Part shown: positions 7,369 through 16,320 of the stretch, piece after piece | Position numbering within the stretch: position 1 is the first letter of the stretch | Layout of the letters: each line of letters starts with the position of its first letter | Assembly (NCBI GenBank): GCA_029261775.1 | Contig: JAJDAR010000298.1 | Location: 1-47,257, forward strand | From: Deltaproteobacteria bacterium | Lineage (GTDB): Bacteria > Myxococcota_A > UBA9160 > UBA6930 | Length of the DNA: 47,257 nucleotides | Direction of reading: 5' to 3' | Notes under the pieces: generated by a model | Databases searched by the model: none | Told to the model about the DNA's origin: nothing | What the model saw: the letters and a program-made list of their open reading frames with translations, nothing else | Translations under genes and position numbers: made by a program

Positions 7369-9606
7369 GTGCTCGCCTCGATCTTCCGCTTCGCGATCCT
7401 GCCCTTGCTGGGCATCCTGTTCCTGCTCTTCGCGGCCGTCGTCTGGATCGGCGAGGGGTTGGGTGGAGAGCGGCACCCGCGCGGCCAGCTCGTCGAAGAG
7501 GCCCTCGATCCCGCGCAGGTGGCGCTCCGACGGGAGACCCGCGAGGCGGCGGGGCGCGCGCTCGGCGCGAGCCGCGACACGCAGATCCTGTTCGGCGATC
7601 TGCACGTGCACACGACCTACTCGGGCGACGCGTTCGCCTTCAGCCTGCCGATCTTCCAGGGGGAGGGCGTGCATCCCCCCGCGGACGCCTGCGACTTCGC
7701 CCGCTTCTGTGCCGACCTCGACTTCTGGAGCATCAACGATCACGCCGAGTCCATCACGCCGTGGCAATGGACCGAGACCAAACAGTCGATCCGCGAATGC
7801 AACGCCGTCGCAGGGGATCCGGCGAACCCCGACCTGGTCTCCTTCCTGGGCTGGGAGTGGACGCAATCGTCCATGCGCGGGCCGCGCACGCACTACGGCC
7901 ACAAGAACGTGGTGTTCCGCGACACGGAGGAAGAGCGCGTGCCCACGCGACCGATCGGGGCGGGCGCGGGGGGCCTGTTCGAGACGCCGCTCCCCGGCGC
8001 CGCCTGGGCGCTGCTGCGCTTCGGCATGACGCTCGGCGACCTCGACAACCTGCGCCCCTACCTCGACTTCCACCGCTTCACGCGGGACGCTCGGGCGCTG
8101 CCCCGCTGTCCGGCGGGCGTCCCGGTCCGCGACCTGCCCGTCGATTGCCTCGAGGGCGCCGAGACGCCGGAGCAGCTCTTCGACAAGCTCGACGATTGGG
8201 GCTTCCCGAGCTTCGTGGTCCCCCACGGCACGAGCTGGGGCATCCACGCGCCGGAGTTCGCGGATCTCTCCGAGCAGCTCGCGCCGGGCGGGCACGACCC
8301 GGCCCGGCAGAAGCTGTTCGAGGTCTACTCGGGGCACGGTGCGTCGGAGGTCCTGGCCTCCGTCAGCGAGACCGTCGCGAACGAGACGGGCCAGCCGGTC
8401 TGCGCGGAGCCGACCGACGCCTACCTGCCCTGCTGCTGGCAGGCCGGCGAGCTGATCCGGGCCCGCTGCGGAGATGCATCCCCGGAGATCTGCGAAGCGA
8501 GGGTCGAGCGCGCGCGCAAGCTCGCGCTCGAGGCGGTGATGCCCTACGGCGTCGTGCCCGACGCGCGGCCGGCCGAATGGCTCGACTGCGGGCAGCCCCG
8601 CGGCGCATTCATGGCGGCCTTCGAGTACCGACCGAAGATGAGCGCTCAGCACGGCCTTGCCTCGCGCGACCCGAGTGCAGGCCCGGAGGCCGGGGCCTTC
8701 CGCTTCGGGCTGATCGGATCGAGCGACAACCACAAGGCGCGCCCGGGCCCCGGCTACAAGGAGATCGGCCGGCGGGCCTTCGGTGACGCCTACGGCTTCC
8801 GGCGAGACTGGTACGACCGGCTCTCGGTGCCAGGTGAGCCCAGTCCGGAGCCCCAGCCGGGTGCGGGACTGCTGGGCGCGGGCTTCGAACGCGGCGCCTC
8901 CTTCTACTCCACGGCCGGGCTCGTGGCCGTGCACGCCGCGGGTCGCGACCGAGGCTCGATCTTCGACGCCCTGGGCGCACGTCATGCCTACGGAACCAGC
9001 GGTCCCCGCATCCTGCTGTGGTTCGACCTCGAGAACGGGCCGGATGGACCCGCCCCGATGGGCAGCGAAGTGCGGACGCGCCGCGCGCCGCGCTTCACGG
9101 TCCGCGCGAAGGGCGCGTTCGAGCAGCGGGCCGGGTGCCCCGACTCGGTCACGACCCGGGTGTCACCCGAACGGCTCGACCGTCTGTGCATGGGCGAGTG
9201 CCATCACCCTGGAGACACGCGCGTTCCCATCGAGCGGATCGAGGTCGTGCGGATCCGCCCGCAGGTCACCGGAGAAGAACCGATCGAGGAGCGGGTCGAT
9301 GACCCGTGGCGGGTCTTCGAGTGCCCCGCCGACGGAACCGGCTGCCGCATCGACTTCGAGGATCCCGAGTACGACGGCCAGCAGGAGTTCCTATACTACG
9401 TGCGCGCCCTGCAGACGCCGAGCGGCGCGGTCAATGGCGATCCGCTGCGTTGCGAGCGAGACGACGCCGGGCGTTGCCTCCGCGCGCGCCCCTGCCCGGC
9501 CTCCGGTCCGGACTTCGACCCGGACGACGAATGCCTGTCACCCGTCCGCGAGCGTGCCTGGTCGTCCCCGATCTGGCTGCGACCTCCGCTGGAGCGCGCT
9601 GGCTGA
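7369..9606 (+). CDS. DUF3604 domain protein (PHP-like metallohydrolase), N-terminally anchored, Cys-rich
   Basis: FGDLHVHTTYS, INDHAE, GWEWT, GSSDNH, YGTSGPRI, YYVRALQ, ERAWSSPIW; N-terminal TM helix. Confidence 0.85.
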   Translation: MLASIFRFAILPLLGILFLLFAAVVWIGEGLGGERHPRGQLVEEALDPAQVALRRETREAAGRALGASRDTQILFGDLHVHTTYSGDAFAFSLPIFQGEGVHPPADACDFARFCADLDFWSINDHAESITPWQWTETKQSIRECNAVAGDPANPDLVSFLGWEWTQSSMRGPRTHYGHKNVVFRDTEEERVPTRPIGAGAGGLFETPLPGAAWALLRFGMTLGDLDNLRPYLDFHRFTRDARALPRCPAGVPVRDLPVDCLEGAETPEQLFDKLDDWGFPSFVVPHGTSWGIHAPEFADLSEQLAPGGHDPARQKLFEVYSGHGASEVLASVSETVANETGQPVCAEPTDAYLPCCWQAGELIRARCGDASPEICEARVERARKLALEAVMPYGVVPDARPAEWLDCGQPRGAFMAAFEYRPKMSAQHGLASRDPSAGPEAGAFRFGLIGSSDNHKARPGPGYKEIGRRAFGDAYGFRRDWYDRLSVPGEPSPEPQPGAGLLGAGFERGASFYSTAGLVAVHAAGRDRGSIFDALGARHAYGTSGPRILLWFDLENGPDGPAPMGSEVRTRRAPRFTVRAKGAFEQRAGCPDSVTTRVSPERLDRLCMGECHHPGDTRVPIERIEVVRIRPQVTGEEPIEERVDDPWRVFECPADGTGCRIDFEDPEYDGQQEFLYYVRALQTPSGAVNGDPLRCERDDAGRCLRARPCPASGPDFDPDDECLSPVRERAWSSPIWLRPPLERAG

Positions 9607-9722
9607 GGCTTTCTCCACCCGGACCGCTCGCATGAAGTTCAGGTCCTGAGCTTATTCGGGTCCGTCGCCTTGAACTGCGTTCAGCAGGTCGAGAGACTCA
9701 GCCGCATTCAGGAGGACCCCCC

Positions 9723-10169
9723 ATGGGACTGTTCGATTTCGTGAAGGAAGCCGGCGAAGGCTTGATGAAGGAGCTGGGCCGCGGCTTCAAGGAAGATTCC
9801 GACGCGGTCACCGAGAAGGTCCAGGACCTCGGGCTCGCGGTGGACGGCCTCGCGGTCGAGGTCGATGGCGACAAGGCCATCGTCAAGGGCAAGGCGGGCA
9901 GCCAGGCGGAGGCCGAGAAGGCCGTGGTAGCCATCGGCAACACGCCCGGCATCGCCATGGTCGATGACCAGCTCGAGGTCTCGCAGCCCGCGCCGACCTC
10001 GCAGTACTACAAGGTCGTGTCCGGCGACTCGCTCTCGAAGATCGCCAAGAAGTTCTACGGCGATGCGAAGAAGTACACCGTCCTGTTCGAGGCCAACCAG
10101 CCGATGCTGAAGGACCCGGACAAGATCTATCCCGGCCAGGTGCTGCGCATCCCGCCGCAGGAAGGATGA
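9723..10169 (+). CDS. lysM: BON-LysM protein (Kbp/YgaU-like peptidoglycan-binding protein LysM)
   Basis: MGLFDFVKEAG start, BON domain, LysM YKVVSGDSLSKIAKKFYG...IYPGQVLRIP; AGGAGG SD. Confidence 0.93.
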   Translation: MGLFDFVKEAGEGLMKELGRGFKEDSDAVTEKVQDLGLAVDGLAVEVDGDKAIVKGKAGSQAEAEKAVVAIGNTPGIAMVDDQLEVSQPAPTSQYYKVVSGDSLSKIAKKFYGDAKKYTVLFEANQPMLKDPDKIYPGQVLRIPPQEG

Positions 10170-10195
10170 GCGAACTCATGTCCAGGAGACCCCCG

Positions 10196-10612
10196 ATGAA
10201 GAACTCCGTTCTCGTGATCCTCGCCCTCGCCGTGACCCTCGGCCTCGGCTGCAGCCGTGACGATGCCGAGAAGGCTGCCGCCACGGCTCGGGAGAGTGCG
10301 GACGCCGCGGCCGAGGCCGCTCGCGAGACCGCCGACGCGGCGATCGACGTGGCGGCCCAGGCGGGCGACGCAGCCGAGACCGCCGCGGCGGATGCCGTCG
10401 AGGCGATGGAAGGCGCGGCCGACGACGCCGGCAAGGCGGTGAAGGAAGCGTCCGCGGGCATGGCCGCCGACGCGGTGGCCGCATGCCGCTCGCTCGCCGA
10501 GAAGGGCGCATGGGAGCAGGCGCTCGCGGTCTGCGAGAAGGCCCACGAGCTGCTGCCCGACGACCTCGGCATCGAGCACGCGCTGCAGCAGGCACAGGCC
10601 GCCGCCAAGTAG
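10196..10612 (+). CDS. Ala-rich helical lipoprotein, unknown function
   Basis: Signal peptide with lipobox LGLG-C; AGGAG SD before ATG 10196; C-terminal helix pair with two Cys. Confidence 0.75.
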   Translation: MKNSVLVILALAVTLGLGCSRDDAEKAAATARESADAAAEAARETADAAIDVAAQAGDAAETAAADAVEAMEGAADDAGKAVKEASAGMAADAVAACRSLAEKGAWEQALAVCEKAHELLPDDLGIEHALQQAQAAAK

Positions 10613-10646
10613 GCAGGCGCAGGCCCCCGCCAAGCAACAACGGTCT

Positions 10647-10676
10647 CCGGGTCGCGGTCACGAGGCCGCGACCCGG
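10647..10676. terminator. GC-rich hairpin between convergent genes (probable bidirectional terminator)
   Basis: CCGGGTCGCGG / CCGCGACCCGG perfect 11-bp stem with 8-nt loop; no strong U-tract. Confidence 0.55.
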
Positions 10677-10721
10677 GCTCGACCGGACTCCGTTTCGGCG
10701 GCTCCGACCGGCTGCCTGCCC

Positions 10722-10773
10722 GCTCAGCGCGGGTTGGCCAGCAGGACGCTCAACGTGGGTTGGCCAGCAGGAC
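10722..10773. repeat. 26-bp tandem duplication of the thioesterase gene 3' end
   Basis: gctcagcgcgggttggccagcaggac (10722-10747) vs gctcaacgtgggttggccagcaggac (10748-10773), 24/26 identical. Confidence 0.8.
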
Positions 10774-11541
10774 CTGGAGCGCGCGGCCGTAGCGGCCGCG
10801 CCGGTCGTACTGGCTGACCTCGGCGAGACCGATGCCGTCGCGATCGGCGACGATCTCGTGGCGGAAGCCGAACCACTCTCCCTCGGGCAAGCGCTCGAAG
10901 TAGAGCGTGGTGTCGGTGTTGATCAGCATCACCTCGCGCGCCGCAGACGCCGCGCTCATGGTGTGGAACGAGAGGCCGAAGGTCAGGTCCGAGACCGCCG
11001 CGGCGCGAAGCAGTGGCGTCGTGGGTTCGCCTTCGACCAGATCGAGCGGGCTCGTCAGCCAGGCAGCGGAGTCGGCGCCGGGGACCGGCCGGAGTTCGAG
11101 AGAGAGATGGAAGCCCGGCGGCATCTCACCGGCACGGCTCTCGGACATCATGCGCGCTCGGGGGAGACCCTCGGGCCCCGGCAGCGGCCGTTCCTCCTGG
11201 CTCGAGAAACGCGGGAGCCCCGGGCTCGCGGCCATCAGCACGGCGCCGGCCCGCGCAACGTCCCGCTCGCCGGCCGAGAGCGCGGCTTCGACGACGGCCA
11301 TGCGACGCCCACGCCGCACGAAGCCGGAGCGCAAGCGGAGGGGCTCCATCGGGACCGGGCCCAGCAGATCGATGGTGATGCGCGCGGGCACGAAGCCCGC
11401 GTCGGCGGCAGCCGCCGCCACCGCCCGGGTGAGCAGCGCGTTCACGGGTCCGCCGTGCTGGCTCTTCACGGACCAGGGACTGCCCGCCCATCGGGTCGGA
11501 GCGTAGACGTCCCCATCGCGCCGGTAGATCGCGTCGGCCAT
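10750..11541 (-). CDS. Thioesterase family protein (TesB-like double hot-dog)
   Basis: GSPWS...QHGGP..ALL, RITIDLLGPVP, G.R, INTD.TLY.ER.P.GEW. Confidence 0.85.
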   Translation of the reverse strand: MADAIYRRDGDVYAPTRWAGSPWSVKSQHGGPVNALLTRAVAAAAADAGFVPARITIDLLGPVPMEPLRLRSGFVRRGRRMAVVEAALSAGERDVARAGAVLMAASPGLPRFSSQEERPLPGPEGLPRARMMSESRAGEMPPGFHLSLELRPVPGADSAAWLTSPLDLVEGEPTTPLLRAAAVSDLTFGLSFHTMSAASAAREVMLINTDTTLYFERLPEGEWFGFRHEIVADRDGIGLAEVSQYDRRGRYGRALQVLLANPR

Positions 11542-11546
11542 CGGGC

Positions 11547-12725
11547 TCAGATCGAGAGGGGGATCGTGGCGTAGCCGCGCACGTGGGCCTGGTAGGTCCG
11601 CGTGCAGCCGGCCTCGTCGACCTCGTAGTCGGGGAAGCGCGCGGCGATCTCCTGGAGGGCGATCTTCGCTTCGAGGCGCGCCAGCGATTTGCCGATGCAG
11701 ACGTGCTGCCCGTAGCCGAAGTACAGCTGACGATCCGCCTTCCGGTGGATGTCGAAACGGTCCGGCTGTTCGTACTCGCGCGGATCGCGTCCCGCCGAAC
11801 CGGTCACGAGCGCGACCCGTGCGTCCTTCGGAATGACCACGCCGTGCAGCTCGACGTCGCGTTCCATCACGCGACCCTGGAACTGCGAGGGCGCGTCGTA
11901 GCGCAGCACCTCCTCGATCGCTCCGTCGAGCAGGCTCGGGTCGCACCAGAGCTCGCGACGCTGATCCGGATGCTTCCACAGGTACACGATGCAGTTGCCG
12001 ATCAGCTTCATCGTCGTCTCGTAGCCCGCGGCCGCCAGCAGGTTGACGAAGGAGCAGACCTCCCCGTCGGAGAGGCGCCGGCGGGTACCGTCGAGATCCT
12101 CGAACTCGCTCTGGGCGAGGACCGTGATCAGGTCCTCCTGGGGCTGCCGGCGACGCGCTTCGAGCAGCTCGATCATGCGCTGGCCGTTGCGGACCACGGC
12201 GGCCCCCGCGTCGGCCGGGGGGAGCCCCGTCTCGGGGTCGCGTTGCAGCATCTTGTCCACGCCCTCCCGGAACTCCTCGCGCATCTCCTTCGGAATGCCG
12301 AGCAACGCGCTGATCACGTCCATCGGCAACTTGTTGGAGAAGGCGTTCTGGATCTCGCCGCCTCCCTCTCCCACGAAGGCGTCGAGGTAGTGCTGCGCGA
12401 TGCCGCGGATCTCCTTCTCGAGGGCGGCGATCCGCCGGGGCGTGAACCCCTTCGAGACGAGCGTGCGGACGCGCACGTGGAGCGGCGGATCCATGCCGAT
12501 GATCGACATGATCGTGCCCGGCATCTGCCCGCGGTTCTCGAGGGTCGGTCCCAGCCGCGAGCTGTAGGTCTTCCAGTCCAGGGTCGCGTTCCACACGTCG
12601 TCGAAGCGGAAGATCGCGTAGAAGTCCATCTGCTCGTTGTAGGTGACGGGCTCCTCCTCCAGGAAGTAGCGATAGGTCGGGAAGGGATCCTCCTGGAGCT
12701 GGCGGGAGTAGGGGTCGTAGTTCAT
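11547..12725 (-). CDS. Cytochrome P450
   Basis: MDPP.H...R, I-helix AAGYETT, EEVLR (ExxR), heme motif FGYGQHVCIG. Confidence 0.96.
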   Translation of the reverse strand: MNYDPYSRQLQEDPFPTYRYFLEEEPVTYNEQMDFYAIFRFDDVWNATLDWKTYSSRLGPTLENRGQMPGTIMSIIGMDPPLHVRVRTLVSKGFTPRRIAALEKEIRGIAQHYLDAFVGEGGGEIQNAFSNKLPMDVISALLGIPKEMREEFREGVDKMLQRDPETGLPPADAGAAVVRNGQRMIELLEARRRQPQEDLITVLAQSEFEDLDGTRRRLSDGEVCSFVNLLAAAGYETTMKLIGNCIVYLWKHPDQRRELWCDPSLLDGAIEEVLRYDAPSQFQGRVMERDVELHGVVIPKDARVALVTGSAGRDPREYEQPDRFDIHRKADRQLYFGYGQHVCIGKSLARLEAKIALQEIAARFPDYEVDEAGCTRTYQAHVRGYATIPLSI

Positions 12726-12873
12726 GCGCTGCGGTCCTCGCTGGAGGGCGGATGTTCCCGTGGATCACCCCCGGTCGCAACGCGTGCGGGCGCGGACAGA
12801 CCCTCCGGAGCCGCTACCATGCGCGGCTTCCGGACCGGCACGAGGCAGGCCGCCGGAAGGAGAGGAGACGGGC

Positions 12874-13776
12874 ATGGGCAAGCTGGATGGACGCGTCGCG
12901 GTGATCACCGGCGGGGGCCGGGGCATCGGCGCCGCCGTCGCGCGGTGCTTCGCGGCCGAGGGGGCCTCGGTGCTGGTCAACGACCTGGGGGCGCCGATGG
13001 AGGGCGGCGGGACCGACGCCGGCCCCGCGCAGGAGGTCGCGGCGGAGATCAGCCGGGCCGGCGGCAAGGCGATCTCCGACGGCACGGACGTCACGGACTT
13101 CGACGCGGTCCAAAGGATGATCCAGCGGGCCGTGGACGAGTTCGGTCGGTTGGACATCCTGGTCAACGTCGCGGGCATCATCCGCGACGGCATGATCTTC
13201 AAGATGGAAGAGGCTCAGTGGGACGCGGTCATCGACGTCCACCTGAAGGGCACCTTCAACACGGTGCGGCACGCGTCGGCGTACTGGCGCGAGCACCGCG
13301 GCGGGCAGTACCGCATCATCAACTTCGTCTCGGGCTCGGGCCTGTACGGCTCACCGACCCAGCCGAACTACGCGGCCGCCAAGATGGGGATCGTCGGTCT
13401 CACCTTCTCCTGCGCGAACTCCCTGAACGGCTACGGCGTGACCTCCAACTGCATCGCCCCGATCGCCTTTACCCGCATGACGGAGAGCCTGCAGGGCAAG
13501 GCCACGGTGATGGACTACAGCCCGGACAACCCGCGGATCTCCGCGGAGAACGTGGTGCCGCCGGTGCTCTACCTCGCGATGGAGCAGAGCGATTGGATCA
13601 ACGGCAGGGTGATCGAGTCGGGCAACGGCAAGATCGGGCTGTTCTCGAACCCGGAGATGACCCGCCAGATCATGACCGACGGCTTGTGGGATGACGACGT
13701 CGCCATCACCGAGATGGAGACGGTGTTCCGAGAGGCCATCCACCAACCCAATCCCTTCGCCAAGCCGAAGAGCTGA
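12874..13776 (+). CDS. SDR family oxidoreductase (3-hydroxyacyl-CoA dehydrogenase/HSD17B4-like)
   Basis: TGGGRGIG, VNDLG, AGIIRD, VHLKGTF, NYAAAK; strong GAGGAG SD. Confidence 0.92.
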   Translation: MGKLDGRVAVITGGGRGIGAAVARCFAAEGASVLVNDLGAPMEGGGTDAGPAQEVAAEISRAGGKAISDGTDVTDFDAVQRMIQRAVDEFGRLDILVNVAGIIRDGMIFKMEEAQWDAVIDVHLKGTFNTVRHASAYWREHRGGQYRIINFVSGSGLYGSPTQPNYAAAKMGIVGLTFSCANSLNGYGVTSNCIAPIAFTRMTESLQGKATVMDYSPDNPRISAENVVPPVLYLAMEQSDWINGRVIESGNGKIGLFSNPEMTRQIMTDGLWDDDVAITEMETVFREAIHQPNPFAKPKS

Positions 13777-13783
13777 GGTCCAC

Positions 13784-14581
13784 ATGAGCGAACGACACCC
13801 CGAGGGCGGCATCACCGTCGAGCAGCGCGGTCACCTGTGGCTGATGGGCATCGACCGCCCGGAGAAGCGCAATGGCCTCACGCCAAAGATGTGGGACGAG
13901 CTGCGCGAGGCCTACACGCGACTCGACGAGGACGAGGAGCTGCGGGTCGGCATCCTGTTCGGGCACGGCGAGCACTTCACGGCCGGGCTCGATCTTCCCA
14001 AGTGGCACGACCGGATGAAGCAGGCCGGCAACGCGCCTCGTGAGGCGAGCCGGGTCGATCCCTCCGCGCTCTCGGGACGCGCCTGCCGCAAGCCCATCCT
14101 CTGCGCGGTTCGCGGCATCACCTACACGGCGGGGATCGAGTACATGCTCGCCGCCGACATCGTCGTCGCCGCGGACGACTGCCGCTTCTCGCAGCTCGAG
14201 CCCAAGCGGGGGATCATGGCGACCGGCGGCGCGACGATCCGCTTCGTCGAGCGCGGCGGCTGGGGCAACGCCATGTATCACCTGCTGGTCGTCGACGAGT
14301 TCGACAGCCAGGAGGCGCTGCGCTGCGGCCTGGTGCAGGAGGTCGTGCCTGCAGGCACCGAGCTCGCGCGGGCCGAGGAGCTCGCGCTGAAGATCGCGGC
14401 GCTCGCGCCCATGGCGATCCAGGCGACCAAGGCGTCCTGCCGACTTTACGCCCTTGAGGGCCAGGCCGCGGCAGTCGCGGAGTTCCAGGAGGTCCAGCGC
14501 AAGCTCGCCAACAGCGAGGACGCAGCCGAGGGGGTGGCCTCCTTCGTCGAGCGCCGGGAGCCGATCTTCAAGGGACGCTGA
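13784..14581 (+). CDS. Enoyl-CoA hydratase (crotonase family)
   Basis: FTAGLDL oxyanion motif; both catalytic-position glutamates present (AGIE, QLEP); F.ERR.P.FKGR. Confidence 0.92.
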   Translation: MSERHPEGGITVEQRGHLWLMGIDRPEKRNGLTPKMWDELREAYTRLDEDEELRVGILFGHGEHFTAGLDLPKWHDRMKQAGNAPREASRVDPSALSGRACRKPILCAVRGITYTAGIEYMLAADIVVAADDCRFSQLEPKRGIMATGGATIRFVERGGWGNAMYHLLVVDEFDSQEALRCGLVQEVVPAGTELARAEELALKIAALAPMAIQATKASCRLYALEGQAAAVAEFQEVQRKLANSEDAAEGVASFVERREPIFKGR

Positions 14582-14599
14582 AGGCGCCGAAGCGCCTTC
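14580..14599 (+). terminator. Short hairpin directly after the crotonase stop
   Basis: GAAGGCGC-CGAA-GCGCCTTC perfect 8-bp stem, followed by a TAGGAT -10-like hexamer for the next gene. Confidence 0.4.
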
Positions 14600-14640
14600 G
14601 CGGTAGGATGCGCGGACAGGACGTCGCGCGGAGGATGCAC

Positions 14641-15456
14641 ATGGGCGCTCTCTCGGAACGCATCGCAGTCGTGACCGGCGCCAGCCGCGGAGTCGGCAAG
14701 GGCATCGCGCGCGCGCTCGGCGAGCTCGGCTGCACCGTGTACGTGACGGGCCGGACGACGGGCCCGGGCGAGCGCACGATCGACACGACGGCACGGCTCG
14801 TCAGCGAGGCGGGCGGAGAGGGCCGGGCGATCCGCTGCGATCACGGCGACGACGGGCAGATCGAGGCGCTCTTCGCGGAGGTGAAGGAGCAGGCCGGTCG
14901 CATCGACCTGCTCGTCAACAACGTCTACAAGGTGCCGAACCCGCCTGCCTGGGGCGGCGGTTTCTGGGACCACCCGATCCAGATCTGGGACGACCAGGTC
15001 GGGATCGGACTGCGCGCCCACTACGTCGCCAGCTGGCATGCAGCGCCCCTGCTCTTCGAGAGCGGACCCGGCGCGGCGATCCTCAACGTCTCTTCGCCGG
15101 GCGGGCAGAGCTACCACTTCTCGAGCTCCTACGGCGCGGGCAAGGCCGGGCTCGACCGGCTCACGGCCGACATGGCCCGGGAGCTGCGCCCCAAGGAGAT
15201 CGCAGCGCTCGTGCTGTACCCGGGCATGGTCTCGACGGAGTTCATCGAGGACGCCGCCAAGGAGCAGGGGATGGACCTCTCGAAGGCCCAGACGCCGCTC
15301 TTCGTCGGGCGCACGGCCGCAGCCCTGCTCGCCTCCGAGGCGCTGATGCCGCGCACGGGGACCATCCAATGGGTGGAGGATCTCGCCGAGGAGTTCGACG
15401 TTCTCGACGAGAACGGGCAGCGCCCCCCGGGCTACCCCGCACGGCTGCGGAGCTGA
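14641..15456 (+). CDS. SDR family oxidoreductase (DHRS1-like)
   Basis: VTGASRGVGKGIA, VYVTGRT, CDH.DD, SYGAGK, TP.FVGR; GGAGG SD. Confidence 0.9.
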   Translation: MGALSERIAVVTGASRGVGKGIARALGELGCTVYVTGRTTGPGERTIDTTARLVSEAGGEGRAIRCDHGDDGQIEALFAEVKEQAGRIDLLVNNVYKVPNPPAWGGGFWDHPIQIWDDQVGIGLRAHYVASWHAAPLLFESGPGAAILNVSSPGGQSYHFSSSYGAGKAGLDRLTADMARELRPKEIAALVLYPGMVSTEFIEDAAKEQGMDLSKAQTPLFVGRTAAALLASEALMPRTGTIQWVEDLAEEFDVLDENGQRPPGYPARLRS

Positions 15457-15472
15457 GGCGGACGACCGGACC

Positions 15473-16258
15473 TTGGACGAGCGGTTGATCCGTCCCGGCG
15501 GGCCCAGGCTGCGCCCGATCGCGGACCCCACCGAGCCGGTCTACCACCGGCGCATCCGCCTGGTCTCCAGCGCGAACCGGGTCGTCGGCGACGTCGCCGA
15601 CGGGCCCCACCACTTCCGCGTGGTACTCGGTCACGACGGCACGCAGGTGACTTCGATCCACGGCGAAGCGGTGCGCCACCCCTGGACCACCTGCCCGGCC
15701 GCGGTCGGGGCACTCGACGCGCTCCTCGGAACACCTCTCGACGAGAGCAGCACGGCGGTGGGACGGCACGCCGATGCGACCCACCAGTGCACCCACCTGT
15801 TCGACCTGGCGGGGTTGGCCGTGGCCCAGGCAGCCCGCGGCGGTTCGGGCCGCGACTACCACTGCATCGTGCGGCAGGACTCCGCCGGCGACACCCTGGC
15901 GCAGTGCCTTCGAGACGGTCAGGTTGTGCTCGACTGGCGGATCCGCGACGGCGTGATCCTCGGACCGGGCCCCTGCGCGGAGGTCCCCCTGCAGCGGCGC
16001 TTCATCCAATGGGCGGGCGAGCACCTGTCGATGGAGCAGGCCGAGGCGGCGATCGTCCTGCGGCGCGCGTGGTTCGTCTCGCCGGTTCGCTTCATCGACG
16101 TCGAGCAGTGGGAGCGCGCCTCCGATCTCGGCAACGGCCCGGTGTGCTTCACCTTCCAGCCCGGCCGCGCCCAGACCGCCCTGCGGGTTCCCGGCTCCTA
16201 CCGCGACGTTGGAGGCGACGCCGGCGACGACCCCGAGTCCCTTCTCGAGCCGAGTTGA
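15473..16258 (+). CDS. DUF2889-like protein
   Basis: D..HHF.V, RHPWTTCP, QCTHLFDLA and a C-terminal C.TFQP; the TTG start is uncertain. Confidence 0.7.
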   Translation: MDERLIRPGGPRLRPIADPTEPVYHRRIRLVSSANRVVGDVADGPHHFRVVLGHDGTQVTSIHGEAVRHPWTTCPAAVGALDALLGTPLDESSTAVGRHADATHQCTHLFDLAGLAVAQAARGGSGRDYHCIVRQDSAGDTLAQCLRDGQVVLDWRIRDGVILGPGPCAEVPLQRRFIQWAGEHLSMEQAEAAIVLRRAWFVSPVRFIDVEQWERASDLGNGPVCFTFQPGRAQTALRVPGSYRDVGGDAGDDPESLLEPS

Positions 16259-16318
16259 CCGAGAGGCCCGACCCCTTCGTCAACAACTTGAGAAAAAGGC
16301 CCGGCCCTTTCGTTGAGT
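16253..16318. repeat. REP-like units A+B in inverted orientation (same family as 1262-1464)
   Basis: GTTGACCGAGAGGCCCGACCCCTTCGTCAAC is the reverse complement of unit A, followed by AACTTGAGAAAAAGGCCCGGCCCTTTCGTTGAGT (unit B-like). Lies between convergent genes. Confidence 0.8.
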
Positions 16319-16320
16319 CG

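Noticed and set aside
10750-12780. 676-aa ORF suggesting a P450-thioesterase fusion or frameshift
   Set aside because: The N-terminal part is an off-frame read of the P450. The P450 has its own stop at 11547 and the thioesterase its own ATG at 11541.
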